Below are positions 26,661-37,300 of a stretch of DNA of 64,000 nt, piece by piece (position 1 is the stretch's first letter; every line of letters begins with the position of its first letter). Both the position numbers and the translations under genes were made by a program. The stretch lies in contig OZ218778.1 in NCBI GenBank assembly GCA_965112635.1, positions 1,344,001 to 1,408,000 on the forward strand, read 5' to 3'. This DNA comes from an uncultured bacterium. GTDB taxonomy: Bacteria > Oederibacteriota > Oederibacteriia > Oederibacteriales > Oederibacteriaceae. The notes beneath the pieces are model-generated. The model was not told the DNA's origin, did no database searches, and saw only the letters and a list, made by a program, of their open reading frames with translations.

Positions 26661-26777
26661 CTATAAATACATTCCTCTCCGAGAGGATTCCAAAGGAGGT
26701 TACTCCTTTGGTCAGTCCGCCGGAGGCGGACTGAATGTTTTGTGGTAGCCACGGGCGTGAGCCCGTGGTAGTTTATA
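26661..26777. repeat. Cluster of four palindromes (REP/MITE-like or structured RNA)
   Basis: TCCTCT/AGAGGA, CCAAAGGAG/CTCCTTTGG, TCAGTCCGCC/GGCGGACTGA and CCACGGGC/GCCCGTGG, the first three back to back. Confidence 0.7.
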
Positions 26778-26817
26778 ATTGGTCTAGCCAAATGCCTGTG
26801 GAAAAAAGGAAGGACCC

Positions 26818-27897
26818 ATGAAAAAGAGAGCTGCAAAAGTACGCAGGAAAAAGAAAAAAGGAAAAGGGCCGGATATTTTAAAATACCTCAAAAGCCCCCT
26901 GGGACTGGCCTGGGTAGGCTTGGTGGTAGTGGCCGTCATTTTTGAAGTTTGGATGACCAGCTCCGGGGACTTGGTCAAGGATTTTGTTTCCAAGAAAGAA
27001 AAAAACCGCCTGTATGCGTTCCAGAAATTGTCCAAAATGGACCCCAAGGAAAAAGCGGCTGTTTCCATGAAACTGGTCCCGTATTTAAAGAGCGATGATA
27101 AGAACGTGCGATTCTGGGCGCTGGACGCCGTCGGAAGCATGAGGGAAGATTCCGGCGGGGCCGTAGCCGCGGTGCTGAAAGTGCTTAAAGAAGATAAAGA
27201 CCCCGGTCTTCAGGAAAAAGCCGGGCGTACCCTGGGGTATATCGGCAAGCCGGCGGCCGTGGCCATCCCCGACTTAATCGCAGGGCTCAAGGACCGCAAT
27301 GACGGCATCAGAGCCGGAGCCGCGGCAGGCCTGGCTGGAATAGCCCCTGATGACCCCGCGATGATCCCGATCTTCACCGCAGCCTTAAAAGACGAAAACC
27401 CCGATGTCCGCGCCAGCGTGGCAGGCGCTTTTTGGGCCATGGGTGTCGGCGCGCGGCCGGCTTTAAAAGCGATCCTGGCCGCGTTAAAGGACGGTAATGA
27501 CCAGGTCAGGGCCTCAAGCGCACGGAGCCTGGCCAGCATGAAAGCCGACCCGGACAGGGTCGTGGGCCCCCTGATAGGTATGCTGACCACCGACCAAAGC
27601 AGGGATGTGCGGCGCGAGGCCGCGGTGGCGCTGGGAGAGATCGGGCCCGAGGCTAAAAGAGCAGTGCCTTCCCTGATGCTCTATGTGCAGGACAGCAGCT
27701 ATCCGTCTTTGCAGGTCAATGCCATCCAGGCCCTGGGCAAAATGGGTTCCTGGTCCAGGGACGCGGTGCCCAGCCTCATCAAAGTGATGAATGGCAGCGA
27801 TAAAGACCTGGCCCACGCGTCCATGGATGCCCTGGACAGGATAGGCGGCCCGCAAGCGCTGGATGCCGTGGCAGCGTACAGGGCCAAAAACAAGTAA
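26818..27897 (+). CDS. Membrane-anchored HEAT (PBS-lyase-like) repeat protein
   Basis: Lys-rich N-terminus, single TM, about 8 repeats of the type L..ALKD.N..VRA.AA..L.. Confidence 0.85.
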   Translation: MKKRAAKVRRKKKKGKGPDILKYLKSPLGLAWVGLVVVAVIFEVWMTSSGDLVKDFVSKKEKNRLYAFQKLSKMDPKEKAAVSMKLVPYLKSDDKNVRFWALDAVGSMREDSGGAVAAVLKVLKEDKDPGLQEKAGRTLGYIGKPAAVAIPDLIAGLKDRNDGIRAGAAAGLAGIAPDDPAMIPIFTAALKDENPDVRASVAGAFWAMGVGARPALKAILAALKDGNDQVRASSARSLASMKADPDRVVGPLIGMLTTDQSRDVRREAAVALGEIGPEAKRAVPSLMLYVQDSSYPSLQVNAIQALGKMGSWSRDAVPSLIKVMNGSDKDLAHASMDALDRIGGPQALDAVAAYRAKNK

Positions 27898-28007
27898 TAC
27901 CCCGCCCCGGGCTGTCCGTCAAAACGAGTTTAAACTACTGGTTCTCCATGCCGTTCCAAAAATAGCTGCGGAAAAAAGACCGGCCAACTCCCTGCATTCA
28001 GGGGCAG

Positions 28008-28646
28008 CTAGAGACCCAGAGGCCGGAGGAGGGCGCGGCAGGGAGCGCCTTCGCTATGCCAGACCCTCAGGGGCAGGCAAACCAGTTCGTAGCGACCGGG
28101 CTTGACCTGGGACAGGTCCAATCCTTCGATGATCCAGATGCCGGCTTTTAAAAGGGTCCGGTGGGTCAGGCAGCCATCCTTTTTGTAACCGCCCACGGAA
28201 AGGTAATCCACACCCAGGGTCATGATCTTCTTTTTCGCCAGGTAGGCGGCGGTGGGGCCGGGGATGTAGACAAAATTCTTTATAAAAGGACGCAGGGGCC
28301 ATCCGGACCTGGAGTTCTGGGTTTTGAGCAGGATGCGTTCGCCTTTTTTAACGCGGTATTTTTCCAGTTCTGCCACGGTCGCCGCGGTCCTGTTTTTGAG
28401 CTCCAAAACCCTGACCGGGCCAATGACCGCCTCAAAAGGCAGGCTGTCCATGTTCCTGCCGTTTTTCAAAAAATGAAAAGGGCTGTCCATATGGGTACCG
28501 GTATGGGTGCCCAGGCTGAGGCGGGAAAGATTGTCCGTGGAAACCCGGGATATCCTTTTTATCCAGTTAAATTTGAACGGAGCGTCACCGGGCCAATGCG
28601 CCAGGCCATTTTTGATAGGAACCGAAACATCAATCCATTTGGTCAT
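28008..28646 (-). CDS. Cyclase family (kynurenine formamidase-like) metallohydrolase
   Basis: HTGTHMDSPFH, GVDYLSV, IIEGL and EGAPCRA motifs. Confidence 0.92.
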   Translation of the reverse strand: MTKWIDVSVPIKNGLAHWPGDAPFKFNWIKRISRVSTDNLSRLSLGTHTGTHMDSPFHFLKNGRNMDSLPFEAVIGPVRVLELKNRTAATVAELEKYRVKKGERILLKTQNSRSGWPLRPFIKNFVYIPGPTAAYLAKKKIMTLGVDYLSVGGYKKDGCLTHRTLLKAGIWIIEGLDLSQVKPGRYELVCLPLRVWHSEGAPCRALLRPLGL

Positions 28647-28661
28647 AAAATCCTCCTTTGA

Positions 28662-30113
28662 TCAGATGACTTCCCAGCGGCCGTGTCCCTCGAGCAAGCG
28701 GTCGGCCTCCACGGGGCCCCAAGTGCCCGCTGGGTATAAATGAACGGGCTGGTTGTGCTGCAGTAACGGGGCATACAGTTTCCAGGACTCCTCGACTTCA
28801 TCGGACCGGACAAAAAGGGTCTGGTCCCCTTTGACCACTTCCAGCAACAGGGTTTCGTAGGCGTCGGCCAGGAACCCGGCGCATTCGTAGTGCATATGGT
28901 GCGTGTGGAGTTTGAACGGCTGGCCCGGGACTTTGACATGGACTGCCAGGTCCACGCTGTCCTCGGGCTGGATGGTGATATTCAAAACATTGGCAGGCAG
29001 GGTGTCCGTGCCGAAAGTATTAAAAATGGACAGGGGCGGTTTGCGGTAAGTGATGGCGATCTGGCTGGTGGCGCGGGCCAGGCGCTTGCCGGTCCTCAGG
29101 AAGAACGGCACGCCCTGCCAGCGCCAGTCGGCGATCTCCAGGCGCAGGGCAAAGAAGGTCTCTACTTTGGAATCCTTGGCCACGCCGGGCTCCTGGCAAT
29201 AGCCGGATACTTTTTCTTTCTGAACCTCGCCGGACGCGTACTGCCCAAAGACCGCGTCCTGGGACTTGATGGGCACTATGGAACGGAGGACCTTTAATTT
29301 TTCGGTGTGGATAGCCTCGGACTCAAAGGCGCTGGGCGGGTCCATGGCGATGAGGGTCAGAAGCTGGGTGAGGTGGTTTTGGAGCATGTCCCGGACCGCG
29401 CCGGCTTGCTCGTAATAGTTGGCCCGCGACCCCACGCCGAGCTGCTCCGCCACCAAAATTTGGACGCTGTCGATGTGGTCGCGGTTCCACAGGGGCTCAA
29501 AGATGCTGTTGCTGAACCTGAACGCCAGAAGGTTCTGCACGGTCTCTTTGCCCAAGTAATGGTCGATGCGGTAGACCTGCTCTTCGGTGAAATGTTCGTG
29601 GACCAGGCGGTTCAACTCCTTGGCCGAGGCTAGGTCGCGGCCAAAAGGTTTTTCGATGACCACGCGGACCCAGCCATGAGCGCGGTTGAGCCCGGCCTGG
29701 CTGAGATGGGCCACGACCCCGGGAAAGTCCGTCGGAGGCAAAGCCAGGTAAAAAACCCGGTTGCCGGGGAGATGGTATTTTTTCTCCAGTTCCTCGATGC
29801 GGGACCCCAGTTCTTTAAAGGCGCCGGGCTTATCCTCCTGCAGGCAATGGAAATGCAGATAATCCTTGCACCACCCTTTGATCTTGGGGGCGGCGATGAC
29901 CTTGTCTTTGGTGAGATTCTGGTTTATTTTGTCCCGGAAAGACTGTTCCGTAAGGCTGGGGTTGCGGGAAAGGCCCAGGACATGAAAGTTCTCCTTGATA
30001 AAACCCCGGACAAAAAGCCGGTACAGGGAAGGCAAAAGTTTGCGGGCCGTCAAATCACCTGTAGCCCCAAAAATAATGAATAAGCAGGGTTCTGTGGGTT
30101 TATTTTTAAACAT
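28662..30113 (-). CDS. zwf: Glucose-6-phosphate 1-dehydrogenase
   Basis: FGATGDL, EKPFG, RIDHYLGKE, RDMLQNH and LRTGKRL motifs. Confidence 0.97.
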   Translation of the reverse strand: MFKNKPTEPCLFIIFGATGDLTARKLLPSLYRLFVRGFIKENFHVLGLSRNPSLTEQSFRDKINQNLTKDKVIAAPKIKGWCKDYLHFHCLQEDKPGAFKELGSRIEELEKKYHLPGNRVFYLALPPTDFPGVVAHLSQAGLNRAHGWVRVVIEKPFGRDLASAKELNRLVHEHFTEEQVYRIDHYLGKETVQNLLAFRFSNSIFEPLWNRDHIDSVQILVAEQLGVGSRANYYEQAGAVRDMLQNHLTQLLTLIAMDPPSAFESEAIHTEKLKVLRSIVPIKSQDAVFGQYASGEVQKEKVSGYCQEPGVAKDSKVETFFALRLEIADWRWQGVPFFLRTGKRLARATSQIAITYRKPPLSIFNTFGTDTLPANVLNITIQPEDSVDLAVHVKVPGQPFKLHTHHMHYECAGFLADAYETLLLEVVKGDQTLFVRSDEVEESWKLYAPLLQHNQPVHLYPAGTWGPVEADRLLEGHGRWEVI

Positions 30114-30203
30114 AACACCTTTCTTTAATGATTTAATACAGGTTTATTATAAAATGAATGGCCTGAAATGAACATCCGAACTTAAAGAAAGAAGAGCTGA
30201 CTT

Positions 30204-33032
30204 TTGCCAAAGCGATCCAGTCAGAATGTGAAGAAGAATGCCAATAAAGACAAAAGGTCAGGGGCCACCCAGGCTGTTGTTTACAGCCTGGCAGGGGTTT
30301 TGTTCCTGTTGGGCCAGTGGTTCTTTTATAGCAACCGACTGGCCTTTGCTCTTGGCCTGACCTTGTGCAGCGCCCTTGTCCTTCTGTACACGCGGGCACG
30401 CTGGCAAAAGATGGTTTCCGCGATCAACCTGTGGATCAGAGACCTGACAAACCTTTCTTTTGTGGCCAAGCTGGTCCTGTTGGCCTTGGGACTGTTCTTA
30501 ACTTTTTTCTGCCAGTCCAGCCTGGTCGCGGGCCGTTTGCTGCAGGCGGTCTGGTCCATGCTGGGGTATTCGCTCCTGTTCCTCAGCGCGGTCTCTCTCT
30601 GGCCATGGCCGCACAAAAGCCGCGGCCCAAGGGACCTGGGGCCGGTCCATCCCGACCTGGCCAACGGCCTTTTCTTCCTCATTTTTCTGGTTGGAGTGTG
30701 GATGCGGCTTTATATGCTCAAGAGCATGCCGCCAGGGCACTGGTATGACGAAGCCAACAACGCCCTCATTGCCGTGAATATGCGCAAACAACCGCTCACG
30801 CCTTTTGTTCCCGCGCTGGCGCAGCCGTCCCAGTGGACTTATCTCCTTTCTTTCTTTATGTACTTCGTTAATTCCGAACCCTATCTGGTCAGACTCCTGC
30901 CAGATATTTTCGGGATGCTCACTGTCCTGGCTTTTTACGCGTTCCTCAAACAGAGGGTGGGGGTCCGGGCTGCCCTGGCCGGGTCCTTTTTGCTGGCCGT
31001 GTGCCGGTGGCATATCAATTTCAGCCGGATAAATTTTAATTCCATCCAAACGCCTTTTTTTGAGGTCCTGACGCTCTATTTCCTGGATAGGGGTTTCCAG
31101 CAAAAGAAGTGGTGGCCTTATGTTCTGGCAGGATTGAGCCTGGGTTTTCTGCTCAATTCTTACGTGCCGGGCAGGCTTTTTGTGCTGGTCCTGGTCGTTT
31201 ACCTGCTTTTAATGTGGGCCAGGCAGACCGATTATTTCAAGACCGAGTGGATAAGGCTGTGCCTTTTTGGAGGGGCCACTTTCCTGATGATGGTCCCAAC
31301 CCTTTTGTATCTCATCAAGAATTCCGCGGTATTTTTCCAGCGCACCAAGCAGGTGTGGGTCCTCAAGGATATCGCGTCGAACCAGGCGGGTTTAGTCCTG
31401 GCCTATACCCTGAAACATACCCTGCTGCAGTTCAGCGTATTGGGGGACGGCAACGGCAGGCACAACCTGCCCCTTGCTCCTATGCTGGACCCCTACACGG
31501 CTATGCTGTGCCTGGCCGGATTTGGTTTTGTCCTGGCCGCCAGTTTTATGCCCTGGGTGGCCTGGCCCATCAAACGGCGGCTGAGGATAAGTCCTGTTCA
31601 GGAGAACGCGCTTTTGTCCCTGTCCTGGTTCTTCGTGATGATCCTGCCGGGCATCCTGACCATCGAAACCCCCCAGGCTCTGCGGACTATCGGGTGCATC
31701 CCGGCTGTCCTGATGATCGGGGTCGTGTTCCTGGACAAGGCCTGGGAGTTCCTTTTCAGCAGTCTGCCCGCCTCCTGGGAAAAATACGGCGCCTGCCTCA
31801 GTCTCGCCTTTTTTGGCGCTGCCGGCCTGGCCAACTGCAACAGCTATTTCGTGGAGCAGGCCCAACACCGGGATGTCTATTACAGTTTCTCGCCGGCCGA
31901 GCACCTGATGGGCAAGTTTATCAGCCACGCGGACGACCACTGCCAACTCTACGCTGACCACGCGTATTATCCCCAGACCTATTTTTCGGAAAAACACATG
32001 GACAATATGCACTATTTCTCGGCTTACCAGCATATCCCCCTGACTGATCCCATCGAAAAGGATGTCCAGTACATGCTGATGCCCGTCTATGGGGCCTATC
32101 TCGACCTGCTCAGGTACTATTATCCGGGCGGGATCTTCACCAGAGTGAACGACCTTTGGGGAGAACCGTTGTTCTATATCTATACCGTCAAAAAAGGGGA
32201 GGCCCTGGGGCAACAGGGACTTCAGGGGGTCTTTTCCCAGGCCGGGCGGACGGTCAAAAAGATCGTGCCCGCGGCCCTCACCTGGAAGCAGCTGGGCCTA
32301 GCCTGGTCCGGGCCTTTCCGGGTAAAACTGACCGGATGCCTTGAGGCGCCGCGAACTTTGCTCTACAAAATGAGGTTGGAAAGCGCCTATCCCTATGCCA
32401 TCAAGATAGACGGCAAGAAGACCGTGTGGAGCGGCAAGCAGGGCATCGGCGTGCAATCCCTGACCGCCGGACTGCATGAGATCGAGATCACGACCCAGGG
32501 CGACGACCAGTCCGGATTGGTGCTTTCGATGGACTACGATGAAAAGCTCGCCCCTGTGCCGGCCCGCCTGGTCAATCCCAAGCCGCTCTTTGGCCACGGG
32601 CTCCTGGGAACCTATTTTAACAACGGACATTTTAACGGAATGCCGGAGTTCGAGATGGTGGACCCCGTGGTGGATATGCAGTGGTGTTACCAGCGGACGT
32701 CCTCCATCGGGGCCGTGGAGTGGAACGGGGAGATCTACGCGGACAAGGCAGGGTCCTATACCCTGGGCCTGGACGGAGTGGAAGCCGGGTCGATCATGGT
32801 CGATGGGCTAAAGTTCTGTTCCAATGCGGGGGACGGGGACAAATGCGCGGGGACGCGGAATTTGAACCGGGGATGGCACCTGTTGCAAGTCCGCTACGAC
32901 GCGGAGGACCCCTGCGCTTCGGTCCATCTATGGTGGATACGGCCAAGTTATCCCTACAAAGTGACCGTGGAGACCGCGTTTTTGAGGCCCAAACTGGGCG
33001 AGGCCGGTATTTCCGCCTCCCGTTTTCGTTGA
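30204..33032 (+). CDS. GT-C (ArnT/PMT-like) membrane glycosyltransferase with C-terminal PA14-like domains
   Basis: RLY.L..MPPG.WYDEA motif, many TMs, WHINFSR; tail HGLLGTYFNN...VEWNGEIYADKAGSY...GWHLLQVRY. Confidence 0.78.
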   Translation: MPKRSSQNVKKNANKDKRSGATQAVVYSLAGVLFLLGQWFFYSNRLAFALGLTLCSALVLLYTRARWQKMVSAINLWIRDLTNLSFVAKLVLLALGLFLTFFCQSSLVAGRLLQAVWSMLGYSLLFLSAVSLWPWPHKSRGPRDLGPVHPDLANGLFFLIFLVGVWMRLYMLKSMPPGHWYDEANNALIAVNMRKQPLTPFVPALAQPSQWTYLLSFFMYFVNSEPYLVRLLPDIFGMLTVLAFYAFLKQRVGVRAALAGSFLLAVCRWHINFSRINFNSIQTPFFEVLTLYFLDRGFQQKKWWPYVLAGLSLGFLLNSYVPGRLFVLVLVVYLLLMWARQTDYFKTEWIRLCLFGGATFLMMVPTLLYLIKNSAVFFQRTKQVWVLKDIASNQAGLVLAYTLKHTLLQFSVLGDGNGRHNLPLAPMLDPYTAMLCLAGFGFVLAASFMPWVAWPIKRRLRISPVQENALLSLSWFFVMILPGILTIETPQALRTIGCIPAVLMIGVVFLDKAWEFLFSSLPASWEKYGACLSLAFFGAAGLANCNSYFVEQAQHRDVYYSFSPAEHLMGKFISHADDHCQLYADHAYYPQTYFSEKHMDNMHYFSAYQHIPLTDPIEKDVQYMLMPVYGAYLDLLRYYYPGGIFTRVNDLWGEPLFYIYTVKKGEALGQQGLQGVFSQAGRTVKKIVPAALTWKQLGLAWSGPFRVKLTGCLEAPRTLLYKMRLESAYPYAIKIDGKKTVWSGKQGIGVQSLTAGLHEIEITTQGDDQSGLVLSMDYDEKLAPVPARLVNPKPLFGHGLLGTYFNNGHFNGMPEFEMVDPVVDMQWCYQRTSSIGAVEWNGEIYADKAGSYTLGLDGVEAGSIMVDGLKFCSNAGDGDKCAGTRNLNRGWHLLQVRYDAEDPCASVHLWWIRPSYPYKVTVETAFLRPKLGEAGISASRFR

Positions 33033-33073
33033 ACTTTTTCAGGGCAGAGCAAATGCCAGGAGGAGTTTCTACA

Positions 33074-34351
33074 ATGAAGTTTTTATCACCCCTTTTGCTA
33101 GGTGTGGTCCTGTTGAGCCAATCCCAGGTCTGGGCCGGGGAGGCCTTGACCCTTAACGACTGTTTTAAGGCCGCCCTAAAGAGAAGCGAAGTCCTGGCCA
33201 GCCAGCAGGAACTTGTCGTGCAGGCGGAAGAGCATTACAGCCAGGCCTGGGGCAGCATACTCCCCAGCTTTAACGGCTATTACTCCTACTTTAAGCAGGA
33301 TACTACCGGTCAGGACAGCACCTCGTCATCCCCGACGCAGACGACCCTGAAGATCACCGGGGATCAGCCCTTGTTCAGGGGTTTCAGGGAATACGCAGCC
33401 ATTGACCAGACCAAAAAACTGATCACGGCCCAAAAAGAGGCCAGGAACTGGGCTGGGATGCAGCTCTATATGGACACGACCAGGGGTTTTTATACGCTTT
33501 TAGCTGCCCAAAAAGACCTGCGGATCGTGGACGAAGAAATAGGCCTGTACCAAACAAGGATCCAGGATCTGCAGGACAGGGTGGACATAGGCCGTTCCAG
33601 GATCACCGAGGTGCTCACCGTAAAATCAGCCAAGGCTATCCTCAAGGCGCAAAGAGAACAAGTTTTAGGACAGATCAAGACGGCCAAAGAAGTATTTGCC
33701 TTTCTTACGGGCCTGGATAAAAACATCACTTTGGACGATACCGAGGATGTTCCTAGCCAAACCGACACACTGGACAGGTATTTAGCCAGGCTGGAATCAA
33801 GGCCGGATGTTATCGCAGCCAGGAGAAATGTAGAGGCGGCCAAATCCAATATTTCCGTGGCTAGCGGGGCGCATCTTCCCTCGGCCGACCTGCAGGGTGA
33901 CTATTATTTCCAGGGCTCGGGATTGACCCCAAACCCTTCCTGGGACGCACAGATTGTCGTGACCCTGCCTATTTTCCAGGGAGGCATTATTTCTTCCAAC
34001 GTCAAGATCGCGGAGTCCCAGGAAAGGCAATACGAGCAGGGTCTGAGCAGCGTCCTAAGGATAGCTGCAGAGGATATCGGCACTTATTATGGTGACCTGG
34101 AATCAGACCTGGCCCAAGTGGCAGCTCTGCAGGACGCCTATAATGCTGCGGAGAAAAACTATAAAGCCAACCTCGCCGATTACAACCTGGGATTGGTCAT
34201 CAACCTCGATGTGCTTCAGGCGCTGACCTCTTATAAGGATACGGAGCGGTCCCTGGAAAAAGCCCGATTTACCGCCAAGATCGACTTTAACCTCCTAGAG
34301 GCAGGGGCGGCCAAACGCCTGGATCTTATAGATGAGGGAACCAAGCCATGA
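33074..34351 (+). CDS. TolC family outer-membrane efflux protein
   Basis: Signal peptide, LTLNDCFKAAL, QPLFRG, RPDV and LPIFQGG; ATG at 33074 after GGAGGAG (track start 32681 overlaps the upstream gene). Confidence 0.9.
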   Translation: MKFLSPLLLGVVLLSQSQVWAGEALTLNDCFKAALKRSEVLASQQELVVQAEEHYSQAWGSILPSFNGYYSYFKQDTTGQDSTSSSPTQTTLKITGDQPLFRGFREYAAIDQTKKLITAQKEARNWAGMQLYMDTTRGFYTLLAAQKDLRIVDEEIGLYQTRIQDLQDRVDIGRSRITEVLTVKSAKAILKAQREQVLGQIKTAKEVFAFLTGLDKNITLDDTEDVPSQTDTLDRYLARLESRPDVIAARRNVEAAKSNISVASGAHLPSADLQGDYYFQGSGLTPNPSWDAQIVVTLPIFQGGIISSNVKIAESQERQYEQGLSSVLRIAAEDIGTYYGDLESDLAQVAALQDAYNAAEKNYKANLADYNLGLVINLDVLQALTSYKDTERSLEKARFTAKIDFNLLEAGAAKRLDLIDEGTKP

Positions 34352-37300
34352 TCCTGTCCGACCTGTCCATCAAAAAACCTGTTTTTGCTTGGATGCTCAT
34401 GGCCGGGCTGATCGTGTTTGGGGGCATTGCCTTTATGCGCATGGGGATCAGCCAGCTCCCGGACGTGGATTACCCGGTGGTGTCGGTCAATATCCGCCTG
34501 GAAGGAGCGGCTCCGGAAGTCATTGAAACCTCGGTCGTGGATTTTGTCGAAGACGCGGTAATGAGCATCGCCAGCGTGCGCAGTGTCACCTCCGAGTCTG
34601 AGGACAGCGAGGGGACGGTCACCATTGAGTTCGAACTGGACCGCAATATCGACCTGGCTGTCCAGGATGTCCAGGCCAAAGTGGACTCCATCCTGCAGAA
34701 ACTGCCCCGGGAGATCACGGCGCCCACCATCCGCAAATCAAATCCCGAGGACCAGCCCATCATGCTCCTGACCCTGGAAAGCGACAAGTATCCCCTCAAG
34801 GACCTGATGACCTACGTGAACGACCGCATCAAAGACCAGTTTTCGACCGTGGCCGGGGTTGGAGACATCACCCTGGGAGGCTACCGTGACCCCAACATGC
34901 GCATCTGGGTGGACGACAAAAAACTCAACCATTACAGCCTGGCGGTGGACGACGTCATCAATACCATTCAGAACGAACACCTGGAATCCCCGGCCGGCCA
35001 GCTCGTCAACGGGAAGCTACAGCTCAATGTCAGGACCATGGGCGAGGTCGCCACTCCCCAGGAGTTCAGCGACCTGATCATCAACCAGCGGGGGGGACAG
35101 CCGAACTACCTGCGCCTGCGCCTGGGGCAAGTCTGCCGGGTCGAGGAAGGCATGGCCGACGCCCTTCGAGTCAGCCGGGCCATGGGGACGCCCTGCGTGT
35201 CGCTCAACATCCTGAAACAGCGCGGTTCCAATGCCGTGGCGGTAGCCAAGGCGGTCCGGGCCAAGGTCAGCCAGATCCAAAAAGGACTTCCCGAGGGCAT
35301 GAAGCTGGAGATCAATTTTGATAGTACCCGCTACATTGAGCAAGCTGTCCGGGAACTCAACTTTACCCTGATCCTGTCCGCCCTGCTCACGGCACTGGTC
35401 TGCTGGATGTTCCTGGGTTCCTGGTCGTCCACCCTGAACGTGCTGCTGGCTATCCCTACCTCGGTGGTAGGGAGTTTCATCGTACTCTATTTCGCGGGAT
35501 TCACGCTCAATACCTTTACCCTGCTGGGCTTGAGCTTATCCATCGGGATCGTGGTGGATGACGCCATCATGGTGCTGGAAAACATCATCCGGCACCAGGA
35601 ACGGGGCAAGAGCAGGATACTGGCCGCCCTAGTCGGGTCCAGGGAGATCACTTTCGCGGCCATGGCCGCGACCATTTCCATCGTGGCCATATTCCTGCCC
35701 GTGGCTTTCATGAGCGGGGTCATCGGCAAGTTCTTTTTCCAATTCGGGGTGACCATTACCGTGGCGGTCCTGCTTTCCCTATTGGAAGCTTTGACCTTGA
35801 CTCCCATGCGCTGTTCACAGTTCGTGGAGGCGGGGGAGAGAAAGACCCGTTTGGGCAGGCTGATGGAAATGATCATGGGGACGACTACCCGCGTTTATAC
35901 CCGGACCCTGGGCTCAGCCCTGAACCATCGCCGTACCGTCATTATTGGGGCGCTGATCATATTTGCCCTGAGTTTTTCGGCCCTGTGGCGGCTCAACAAG
36001 GAGTTTATACCGCCCGAGGACCAGAGCCGGTTCAATATCCGTCTCTATACCCCGGTGGGCTCGGCGCTTTCTTATTCAGACCTCAAATTCAGCGAAGTAG
36101 AAAAGTTCCTGGCTAGCCGGCCGGAGGTAGACCGCTATGTACTCCAGGTCGGCGGAGGCTCTCCCGGTGATTCCAATTCCGGGTCGGTGCTGGTCACCAT
36201 GAAGGACCGGGGAAAAAGGGGCGTCGATCCCAGCTCAGGGCACGAACTGAGCCAGCAGGAACTGATGGATGTGTGCAGAAAAAATATCAAAAAAATACCG
36301 GATGTGCGAGTGGTGATCCAGGACCTTTCCACTAAAGCTTTCACGGCTTCGAGAGGTTTTCCCGTGGAGTTCCTGATCCAAGGCCCGGATTGGGGCAAGT
36401 TGGCAGATTATTCACAGAAGATGATGGACGAGCTAGCCAAGACAGGCCTGGTCACCGACCTGGACACCAATTACTCCCTGGGCCAGCCTGAGCTGCATGT
36501 GGTGCCTGACCGGCAAAAGGCCGCGGCGCGCGGGGTGAGCATTGCCAGTATCGCGGAAACGGTCAATGCCATGATCGGCGGAGTGCAGATCGGCACCTAC
36601 CAGAAGGGAGGCCACCGTTATGATGTCCGGGTCAAACTGGAAGAGAGCCAGGAAAACCCCCTGGCCAAGATAAAGAGCCTCTTTGTCCGCAATAACCGCG
36701 GCGAACTGATCCGCTTATCCGAATTGGTGAGCATGGAAGAGAAAAAGGCCATGGTGTCTATCTGGCGCAGCAACCGGGAGAGGTCTATCTCGGTTTACGC
36801 CAATGTGAAGGCAGGAGAGTCCCAGCAAAAAGCCCTCCAGTCAGTTCAGGATATTGCCAAGTTCATCCTGCCGCCTGATTATCACATTACCCTGACCGGC
36901 AGTTCCCAGACCTTTTATGAATCTTTGCAAAGTCTGATTTGGGTGCTTATCCTCGGTATTTTCGTGGCTTATATGGTTCTGGCTTCCCAATTCAACAGCT
37001 TTATTGATCCCTTATCCGTACTCATGGCCCTGCCTTTCAGCGTCTCGGGCGCGCTGGTAGCCCTGTATGTTTTCCACCGGTCAGTCAATATCTACAGTGT
37101 CATCGGCCTGATCCTTCTTATGGGCATAGTCAAGAAAAACTCGATTTTGCTTGTGGATTTTACCAATCAAGTCAGGGCCAAAGGGGAGCCGTCAGTCCGC
37201 AAGGCGCTCCTCACCGCCTGCCCGATCCGGCTGAGGCCGATCCTGATGACCTCCGTAGCTACCGTGGCCGGTGCTGTCCCTTCGGCCTTGGCCCTGGGCC

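Noticed and set aside
26661-26777. tRNA or CRISPR array
   Set aside because: There is no D or T loop consensus and no repeat-spacer periodicity; the hairpins differ in sequence. No cas genes are in the window.
32681-33073. 131-aa N-terminal extension of TolC
   Set aside because: It overlaps the upstream gene in another frame; the RBS and signal peptide point to 33074.
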